Source of the DNA: an uncultured Defluviitaleaceae bacterium
GTDB taxonomy: Bacteria; Bacillota; Clostridia; Lachnospirales; WRBF01
Assembly (NCBI GenBank): GCA_964492715.1
Contig: CAZBLK010000015.1
Coordinates: forward strand, 2,998-66,997
Reading direction: 5' to 3'
Length of the DNA stretch: 64,000 bases
Positions 57,176 to 64,000 of this stretch are shown piece by piece. Position 1 is the first letter of the stretch; each line of letters begins with the position of its first letter. The notes under the pieces were generated by a model. The model was not told the origin of the DNA. It searched no databases and saw nothing but the letters and a program-made list of their open reading frames with translations. A program made the position numbers and the translations under genes.

Positions 57176-58431
57176 TAGTTAGCACCCTCCTGTCCCACTT
57201 TTTTAGCGGCATAAAGTGCAGGGTTTGTTAAGCCTAGCGAAGTAAGACTTTTAAGAAGAAGCCTAGAAATAACTAAAGCTGTAAACATTGAAACAACTAT
57301 GCCTATAGAAAGAGTTTGTGCAAAGCCACGAATAGGGCCTGAACCAAGCCAGAACAAAACAGCAGCCGCAATAAGTGTTGTGACGTTGCCGTCTAAAATT
57401 GCAGGGAACGCACGTGAAAAGCCAGCGTCAACAGACGCACGAAGCGAGCGCCCAGAAGAAAGTTCTTCCTTAATACGTTCAAAAATGATAATGTTGGCGT
57501 CAACAGCCATACCAACAGAAAGAATTATTCCTGCAATGCCTGGAAGCGTAAGTGTAATTCCAAAAAAGCTTAAAACAATAATTTCCAAGGAAATAAAAAC
57601 AAAAAGTGCAATGTCTGCAACTAAGCCAGACGCTCTGTAGAAAATTAGCATAAACAAAAGCACAAGTGCAAAGCCAATTAAACCAGCTTGAAGGCTTGAG
57701 TCAAGTGACTCTAAACCAAGCCTTGCACCTACGTTTTTCATTGAAATAACGTTAAGGTTAAAAGGAAGGTTGCCAGAGCGAATAAGAGCAGCAAGCTCCT
57801 CTGCTTCTTGCGGCGTAAAGCTGCCTGTAATTACAGCACTTCCGCCAGAAATTTTTTGGCTTACAGACGGAGCGCTTAAAATTGCTTCGTCAAGCATGAT
57901 GTAAATAACTTTTCCAATATTATTGCCTGTTGCTTCTTCAAAAGCTACAGAGCCTTCTGGGGTAAACTTAAGCGCAATTTCAACGCCGCCAGCGTTTCCG
58001 CTTTGCCCACTTGACGCTTGCTTAAATGCGTCTTGAACTTGGTTGCCTGTAAGAAGAACTTCTCCTGCTTCGTCAACAAACATTAAAAGCGCAGTTTTGC
58101 CTATGTCTGAAATTGCAGTTTCTGCGTCTTCAACGCCAGGAATGTCAACGCTAATTCGGCGTGTGCCTTGTGCGGCAACTTCGGCTTCTGTGTAACCTTT
58201 ACGGTCAAGCCTTCCACGAATAAGCTTTATTGCAGAGTCCATTTGCTCACTTGTTGGGTTTTCAATGTCAGTTTCATAAACAATTGAAACGCCGCCCTTT
58301 AAGTCTAGCCCTTGCTTAATGTTTTCTGCACCAAAAAGCTTCTTTTCACCAATCCCGTAGTAAGCCGTGTAGCTTAAACCAGCGGCTAAAGCTAAAATTA
58401 CTACAAAGATAATGAAACCTTTAAATTTCAT
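57175..58431 (-). CDS. secD: Protein translocase subunit SecD
   Basis: GLDLKGG, LTLPGIAG..GMAVDANIIIFERIKEE, GFAQTL. Confidence 0.96.
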   Translation of the reverse strand: MKFKGFIIFVVILALAAGLSYTAYYGIGEKKLFGAENIKQGLDLKGGVSIVYETDIENPTSEQMDSAIKLIRGRLDRKGYTEAEVAAQGTRRISVDIPGVEDAETAISDIGKTALLMFVDEAGEVLLTGNQVQDAFKQASSGQSGNAGGVEIALKFTPEGSVAFEEATGNNIGKVIYIMLDEAILSAPSVSQKISGGSAVITGSFTPQEAEELAALIRSGNLPFNLNVISMKNVGARLGLESLDSSLQAGLIGFALVLLFMLIFYRASGLVADIALFVFISLEIIVLSFFGITLTLPGIAGIILSVGMAVDANIIIFERIKEELSSGRSLRASVDAGFSRAFPAILDGNVTTLIAAAVLFWLGSGPIRGFAQTLSIGIVVSMFTALVISRLLLKSLTSLGLTNPALYAAKKVGQEGAN

Positions 58432-58681
58432 TTAACGCAGCTCCTTTGCCGTCATATTGTTTATAGAAACTCCACTTAAAAGGAATTTCTATACTATAAC
58501 GTTTTTTACAGCGGTTTATTAAAGCTTAAAGCTTGTCCGCCTAGAATTACAAATTACTACAAATTATATAGTTAAAAACTGGTATAGTCAATAGGATTGT
58601 AAAAAAAACGACATAAAAACACCTTTAGCTGGCCTGCACATTTTTGCAAAGCCAGCTACGGTTAATATACTTTTTAAAATA

Positions 58682-60025
58682 TTACTGACAGCTAAGCATA
58701 AGCCCGCATTCTGTGCGCTTTTTTTGCAGCTCACAGCCAATGTCATACGGAACTGTATTGTCGCCATTTTGGTTTACAGCGTTTGCCACACAGCCGCCGC
58801 TGCAATAATATTTTGCAAAGCAAGAAAGACACTTTGGCTTTTTGTAAATTGTTAAGTTCAAAAGCTCGTTGCGCTTTTCCTTGTTTGTTACACCTTCATA
58901 AACTGTGCCCATTTTATAGTCCTCGTTGCCTACAAATTGGTGGCAAGCAAACAAGCTGCCGTCTGGTGTAACAGCCAAATACTCTGTCCCTGCACCACAA
59001 CCAATTAGACGCTTTGCAACGCATGGCCCGTTCATTAAGTCAAGTGAAAAATGAAAAAAGTTAAAGTCCGAATCAGTGTTTTTCCGCTTATCCATTTCGG
59101 CAGCCAAAACCTCGTATTGCTCACAAAGAACAGCAACATCTTCTGTCTTAATTGCGTAATCCTTGTCGCTTTCGGCAACTACAGGCTCTACCGAAACTTG
59201 CTTAAAGCCAAGGTCTGCCAAATGTAAAACATCTTGCGCAAAGTCAACATTTTTGCTTGTAAATGTTCCTCTTACGTAATAGTTTGTTTGGTTGCGGCTT
59301 TCTGCCAAACGCTGGAATTTAGGAACAATATTGTCGTAGCAGCCATCGCCAGAATAGCGCAAGCGCATTTTGTCGTTTGTTTCCTTTCGTCCGTCAATGC
59401 TTAAAACAACATTGTGCATATGCTCGTTAATGTACGCTTGTTTTTCCTCGTCCAGCAAAATGCCGTTTGTTGTAATTGTAAAACGGAAGTTTTTGTTGTG
59501 CTCTGCTTCCTTTGAACGTGCATATTCCACGACGCCCTTTACAACGTCAAAGTTCATTAAAGGCTCGCCGCCAAAAAAGTCAATTTCAAGGTTTTTGCGT
59601 TTGCCAGAGCTTTTAATAAGAAAGTCAATTGCTTGCTTGCCAACTTCAAGGCTCATTAAAGAACGCTTGCCGCCGTACTCTCCTTCTTCCGCAAAGCAAT
59701 AAGCACACTTTAAGTTACAATCGTGCGCAACGTTTAAGCACAAAGCTTTTACAACAGGCTCTCTGCCTAAAACGTTGTCTAAAGCCGTAAAGTATTCGTC
59801 CTCGGAAAAAAGCATACCTTTTTCCTTTAGTTCCGTAATCTCTAAAAATGCCTCTTTAATAGAGGCATCTTCGTACTTTCCGTTTAGCTTTTCGATTATC
59901 TCATCAAGTGTGTTATGCTCATAATAATCCAATATATCGTAGACTAAATCGTCCACGTTAAAAACGGCGCTGCTTTCTACATCAAGCACAACAGCTTTGC
60001 CGTTCATCTTGAACTTATGAATCAT
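58682..60025 (-). CDS. scfB: SCIFF ranthipeptide maturase (radical SAM/SPASM)
   Basis: KALCLNVAHDCNLKCAYC, FFGGEPL, GCGAG, CHQF, CFAKYYCSGGC; start at MIHKF (60025). Confidence 0.93.
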   Translation of the reverse strand: MIHKFKMNGKAVVLDVESSAVFNVDDLVYDILDYYEHNTLDEIIEKLNGKYEDASIKEAFLEITELKEKGMLFSEDEYFTALDNVLGREPVVKALCLNVAHDCNLKCAYCFAEEGEYGGKRSLMSLEVGKQAIDFLIKSSGKRKNLEIDFFGGEPLMNFDVVKGVVEYARSKEAEHNKNFRFTITTNGILLDEEKQAYINEHMHNVVLSIDGRKETNDKMRLRYSGDGCYDNIVPKFQRLAESRNQTNYYVRGTFTSKNVDFAQDVLHLADLGFKQVSVEPVVAESDKDYAIKTEDVAVLCEQYEVLAAEMDKRKNTDSDFNFFHFSLDLMNGPCVAKRLIGCGAGTEYLAVTPDGSLFACHQFVGNEDYKMGTVYEGVTNKEKRNELLNLTIYKKPKCLSCFAKYYCSGGCVANAVNQNGDNTVPYDIGCELQKKRTECGLMLSCQ

Positions 60026-60174
60026 TTTGAAGCTCCTTTGTTTTCGCAAGCTTGGTTTGCAACTGTGCAAGAAGTTTTGCAAGCTGATTGGCAAGAAGTT
60101 TGGCATTCGCCACAACCGCCGTGCTGAACTGTGTTTTTAAGAAGATTTGTAGCAACAACTTTAATATGCTTCAT
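60022..60174 (-). CDS. scfA: SCIFF six-cysteine ranthipeptide precursor (50 aa; not in ORF track)
   Basis: Manual translation MKHIKVVATNLLKNTVQHGGCGECQTSCQSACKTSCTVANQACENKGASK; GGAGG RBS. Confidence 0.97.
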   Translation of the reverse strand: MKHIKVVATNLLKNTVQHGGCGECQTSCQSACKTSCTVANQACENKGASK

Positions 60175-60226
60175 TATGTATTACCTCCAAAGGTTTAATT
60201 AAGTTCGGGTTTACCGAAGTAAAGCT

Positions 60227-60255
60227 AATATACCACAAAAAGCAACAATTTGCAA
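60227..60255 (-). promoter_or_regulatory. SigA-type promoter of scfAB
   Basis: TTGCAA-17 bp-TATATT with TGn extension. Confidence 0.6.
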
Positions 60256-60341
60256 ATGTTTTTACTTCATATCTATAAACATATATTTAAACATTCATTA
60301 CTAAATGTTATAATTAAACAAAAAGCTTGGGAGTGGTTAAA

Positions 60342-61748
60342 ATGAATAACCTACATGAGTTTATGGAAGAATATAGAAGCAATGACATATATCCGTTTCA
60401 TATGCCTGGGCATAAGAGAAACGACTCATTTATGCAATATAAATTTTTAGAGCATGATATAACGGAGATTCCTGGTTCAGACAATTTGTTTGCTCCAAGC
60501 GGCGTTTTAAAAAGTTTAAATGAAAAGCTGGCGCAAGCGTATGGCGCAAGTGAAAGTTTTTTGCATGTCAACGGCTCCAGCGGAGCAATAATTTCTGCAA
60601 TAATTGCTGCTTGTGGCGACGGCGAAACTGTACTGGTTTCACGAAACAGCCACATTTCGCTTTATAATGCGCTCATTTTGCAAGGTGGCGTGCCTAAATA
60701 CGTATACCCAGAAGTAACTGATTATGGAATTTGCGGAGGTGTAACCCCCGCTGCTGTAGACTGTGCACTGCAAAATAACAAAGATATTAAAGCCGTTTTT
60801 ATAACCAGCCCAACTTATGAAGGCTTTTGCTCTGACATTTCTACAATTGCAGACGTTGCACATAAATATAATGTTCCGCTAATCGTTGACGAAGCGCATG
60901 GGGCACACTTTGGGTTTTCACCCGAGTTTCCACAAACTGCCGTTAGGCTTGGGGCTGACGTAGTTATTCAAAGCTTGCACAAAACGCTGCCTGCCCTTGG
61001 AATGACCGCTGTTTTGCACGTTAATTCAAGCTTAATTGACATGAACAAGCTTAGGTATGCAAACCGAATTACACAAAGCACAAGCCCATCTTACATTTTT
61101 ATGTCAAATGTTGACGCATTGTTTTCAAAAGTTTTAAACGAGCCTGCACCGCATTTTGAAAAATATGTTGAGTTACTCAATTATTTTTATAATAAAATGA
61201 AGTATAACAACGCAATTTCCATGCTTAGCACGGAGCTTGAAGGTAAGTTTTCTATACACAAAACAGACTTGGGCAAACTTATTTTTTACGTAAATTCTAA
61301 TGATATTTCTGGTGTCAAAATTTCGGAAAGGCTTAGGACGGAATTTAAAGTTCAGATGGAAGCTGATTTTGCAAAGCATATAATTGGCATGACTAGCATT
61401 GCCGACACAAAAGAAGGCTTTGACAGGCTTATAAAAGGGATTGTCGAAATTGACAGACACTTGATTTTTAATAACATAAGTGATAAAATAAAAAAAGAAC
61501 AAAACATTTGCGTAGAAATGAAAATGACACCACGTCAAGCTTATTTTGGCAAAAAGAAAAGTGTTCTATTCAGCGAAAGCATTGGGGCTGTAAGTGCAAG
61601 CTTTGTAAAGCCTTACCCCCCTGGCGTTCCTATAATTGCACCTGGTGAAGTTATTACTAAGCAAGCTTACGATGCTGTTATAAGCTTAATTGAAGATGGC
61701 GTAAATGTAATTGGTCTTAACAATACAATGGTTGATATTGTCGTATAA
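60342..61748 (+). CDS. Orn/Lys/Arg decarboxylase family PLP enzyme (YaaO-like)
   Basis: FHMPGHK, NGSS, TSPTYEG, DEAHGAH, QSLHKTL, STSPSY, PYPPGVP. Confidence 0.9.
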   Translation: MNNLHEFMEEYRSNDIYPFHMPGHKRNDSFMQYKFLEHDITEIPGSDNLFAPSGVLKSLNEKLAQAYGASESFLHVNGSSGAIISAIIAACGDGETVLVSRNSHISLYNALILQGGVPKYVYPEVTDYGICGGVTPAAVDCALQNNKDIKAVFITSPTYEGFCSDISTIADVAHKYNVPLIVDEAHGAHFGFSPEFPQTAVRLGADVVIQSLHKTLPALGMTAVLHVNSSLIDMNKLRYANRITQSTSPSYIFMSNVDALFSKVLNEPAPHFEKYVELLNYFYNKMKYNNAISMLSTELEGKFSIHKTDLGKLIFYVNSNDISGVKISERLRTEFKVQMEADFAKHIIGMTSIADTKEGFDRLIKGIVEIDRHLIFNNISDKIKKEQNICVEMKMTPRQAYFGKKKSVLFSESIGAVSASFVKPYPPGVPIIAPGEVITKQAYDAVISLIEDGVNVIGLNNTMVDIVV

Positions 61749-61793
61749 TATATTATAAGCTTTACTTTTATTTATTGAATGGGAGGATTTTAT

Positions 61794-62189
61794 TTGCCAG
61801 TAGATTTGTCTGTAATTAATTTGTCTGCAAAGGACATTATTTTTGCCGCCGTGCTTGCGTTTATTTTGACATGGCTTATACAAAGTTTTTCTAAAATAAT
61901 CAAGCTTGTTGTTTCAATGCCAAGCGAGCTAACATATTCAAGCAGCGACTTTGCTTTAATTATGCAAAAATGTTGCAGCCTTTTTCCACATGAAATTGTT
62001 CAGTTTAATGGGCAAACACTTAAACGTGGAATGATTGTTCGTGTTACAACAAACAAACAAAAGGTGTTTGAAGGCAAGCTTATAGGTCTAAACAAGGACA
62101 ATGTAGTTTGTGTGCTTACTCCAAGATATGTTGTTGCACACGGGCTTGAAAGCATTACTGAAATTTTTGTTGTTAAGGTTGAAGAGTAG
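61794..62189 (+). CDS. Hypothetical membrane-anchored protein
   Basis: GGAGG-7 nt-TTG start; one TM helix; beta-rich C-terminus. Confidence 0.7.
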   Translation: MPVDLSVINLSAKDIIFAAVLAFILTWLIQSFSKIIKLVVSMPSELTYSSSDFALIMQKCCSLFPHEIVQFNGQTLKRGMIVRVTTNKQKVFEGKLIGLNKDNVVCVLTPRYVVAHGLESITEIFVVKVEE

Positions 62190-62198
62190 TGTTTTGGT

Positions 62199-62232
62199 AA
62201 AATTCCCCCCGTATGGGGGGATTTTTTATTTT
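62199..62232 (+). terminator. Intrinsic terminator
   Basis: tcccccc-gtat-ggggggga-type stem followed by a T-run. Confidence 0.8.
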
Positions 62233-62409
62233 ACTATAATGGCAATTATAAGCCTCTTGCTTTTGGTTGGATTTTTAGATAACTTTTCCAACGGCTTAGA
62301 AGTTCCGACTGCGCATATTAAAAGGTATGCTAAGAGAGTCTGAAGAAATATGACGAAAAATCAGCCAAAAAGACATAACAATTAAAATACTAGTCTGTAT
62401 CTTAAACAC

Positions 62410-62438
62410 AAAAAGGCCTGATTTATTCATCAGGCTTT
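62410..62438 (-). terminator. Terminator of the tRNA pair
   Basis: gcctgat/atcaggc stem with an A-run on its left. Confidence 0.7.
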
Positions 62439-62442
62439 AAAA

Positions 62443-62515
62443 TGGGAACTATAGGACTTGAACCTATGACCCCCTGCTTGTAAGGCAGATGCTCTCCCAG
62501 CTGAGCTAAGCTCCC
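62443..62515 (-). tRNA. tRNA-Val(TAC), CCA not encoded
   Basis: gggagcttagctcagctgggagagcatctgccTTACAAgcagg..ggttcaagtcc cloverleaf. Confidence 0.96.
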
Positions 62516-62519
62516 AAAG

Positions 62520-62593
62520 CGAACCAAAAGGGGCTCGAACCCTCGACCTCTGGCGTGACAGGCCAGCGCTCTAACCAACTGAGCTATTGGTCC
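62520..62593 (-). tRNA. tRNA-Asp(GTC), CCA not encoded
   Basis: ggaccaatagctcagttggttagagcgctggcCTGTCACgccag..ggttcgagccc cloverleaf. Confidence 0.96.
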
Positions 62594-62622
62594 ATGTTGC
62601 TTTTGTTGCGTCAACGAATGAT

Positions 62623-62651
62623 AGTATATATTATTTTTTGGAGAATGTCAA
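62623..62651 (-). promoter_or_regulatory. SigA promoter of the tRNA pair
   Basis: TTGACA-17 bp-TATACT. Confidence 0.85.
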
Positions 62652-62668
62652 TAGTAAATTTTATTTTA

Positions 62669-63856
62669 ACACGTTCGTTTCATAAACTTTTGATAACCTG
62701 CAATAAAATTTAATCATTTAAGAGCGAAGAAAGAACGTTACTCTTAACGCTTGGCTTTTTAATAAGATTAGATATGTAGCGTTTATGCGCAAGCAGTGCT
62801 AATTTTCTGAATGAATTGACTGTTTTATTGCCATTTTCGGACAAAATCCCGCTCGTATCCTCACTCCAAATTACGTCAATCATCCAATGCATACTTTCAA
62901 TTTTCCAATGCGACCTGCTTGCTGCAAGTAAGTTTTCAGGCTGGCATGCAAGATTAGAAATATAATAACCAACTTCTTCAGTTGTTTTGCCTTTTGTTGT
63001 TATCGTTCTTGTTACTGAAAAAACGGTTTTTAGTCCTGCCCATAACGGTAAATCAGTAAGCCATTCCACATTTGAAGTAGCACGGCATACTCGTTTTTCT
63101 ATCCGACCTCCATTTTTCTCAAGCGTTTGAAAAGTCATTGTTTCTTCATCGTTTATCGAATCTTCAAGAAATAATTTCACATCTTCCGATAAGTTACTCT
63201 GGTTACCTTTTAAGCCTAACACGTAGTTACTACCCACTTTGACAATCTTAGCACAAGTGTCTTTTTGACAGTGTATGGCATCTGCTGTTATTATTTTACC
63301 TTTTATATCCAAGCAATCAAGCATTGATTGAAACACTGGAATTTCATTGGTTTTATCTTCATGTGAAATCGCCGATTGACCTAGAGTTACTCCACTTTCA
63401 GTTGCGTATGCTGTAAGAATTTGCAAGAAATAATGAGCTTTGCCTTTTTTCCCAGTGCTACGAATAGCCTTGCCGTCCACGGCGATTATATCCCCTATAT
63501 TCCCAGCGTTTTCACGCATAATTTGGACGATTATTTGCCCAACCGCATCACCGTCAATCATATTCAATATGCGACTTAAGGTAGGCTTAGAAGGGTATTT
63601 CTCTATGCCAAAATGTTACCTGTAAAAATCAATTTTACTCGCAAAATAAACCTCATATCCGCAAGTTCCGTTATTCCGCTTATCACAGAACCCATAACCA
63701 AAATGAGCACATAGGCAAGCTTATGTTCAACATAACCTGCGTGCCTTGTATCTTCAATCTGTGAAAAGCTTTCTCGTAGTTGTTCCATTTCAATTCCCCT
63801 CATCCTATAGTTTACCATATTTTGGACAATTTGAAAAGTTTATGAAACGAACGTGT
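62669..63856 (-). mobile_element. ISAs1-family insertion sequence (full length, inactive)
   Basis: Perfect 23-bp terminal IRs acacgttcgtttcataaactttt at 62669-62691 and 63834-63856. Confidence 0.9.
62680..63788 (-). pseudogene. ISAs1 transposase pseudogene
   Basis: IAVDGKAIR, KTNEIP, TADAIHCQK, LKGNQ, GRIEKR, SHWKIESMHW motifs; one frameshift and two in-frame TAA. Confidence 0.9.
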
Positions 63857-64000
63857 CTTTACTGGCAGACACTTGACATAGACGCAACACCTGTGTAGGC
63901 AGAATTTGATACTTAAGTTAGGAGTCAAGCTTTTTAGGCAGTTTATCTGCAAGGAGAACTGGAGTCGGGGAAGAAAAAGCTAAGCTTTATTCTTCATCCA

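Noticed and set aside
60026-60115. 30-aa N-terminal extension of ScfB in the ORF track
   Set aside because: It is the scfA coding sequence read in another frame; the RBS supports the start at 60025.
62233-62405. Membrane-protein relic or att site downstream of the tRNAs
   Set aside because: Hydrophobic minus-strand reading with an internal stop but no family match; no tRNA 3' duplication seen.
62423-62614. 63-aa ORF
   Set aside because: Overlaps the two tRNA genes.
63600-63660. Programmed frameshift in the ISAs1 transposase
   Set aside because: No slippery heptamer at the shift, and an in-frame TAA follows, so decay is more likely.
1-64000. CRISPR array or cas genes
   Set aside because: No regularly spaced direct repeats with unique spacers and no Cas-like ORF seen.
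1-64000. Many 60-200 aa ORFs antisense to or overlapping long genes (e.g. 31223-31843, 38830-39405, 52437-52994)
   Set aside because: Shadow frames of well-supported genes; no RBS or recognisable motifs.
1-64000. Very frequent AAGCTT as a dispersed signal
   Set aside because: Explained by codon pairs (AAG-CTT, GAA-GCT) in coding DNA; enrichment cannot be shown without a codon-aware count.
63857-64000. Feature beyond the IS right end
   Set aside because: Too short and truncated by the window edge; no interpretable ORF or RNA motif.

Overview
Chromosomal window from a low-GC, probably spore-forming clostridial Firmicute (gpr, ykvI-like gene, scfAB, L20 and S6:S18 leaders). Most of it is housekeeping: rpsF-ssb-rpsR, serC-serA-DUF1015, leuS, infC-rpmI-rplT, glnS, an EF-G paralog, aroA, secDF and tRNA-Asp/tRNA-Val. 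Accessory content includes a GH1/GH13/GH36/GPH-symporter operon, a hicBA-GNAT islet and a decayed ISAs1 element. Main points of interest: (1) I found no GATC anywhere in the 64 kb by manual scan. (2) A co-directional minus-strand run of about 18 kb holds an uncharacterised ABC + vWA/BatA membrane operon; MoxR and DUF58 are missing at a site occupied by a MITE-like scar. (3) The same run continues into an orphan partner-switching module (STAS protein, kinase-dead RsbW-like protein, intact kinase, pseudo-receiver PP2C) with no adjacent sigma factor. (4) Five different MITE-like inverted-repeat elements sit in operon spacers or leaders. (5) Two small features are missed by the ORF track: the SCIFF precursor scfA and a GNAT relic. 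All calls come from manual motif reading; no database searches were run.
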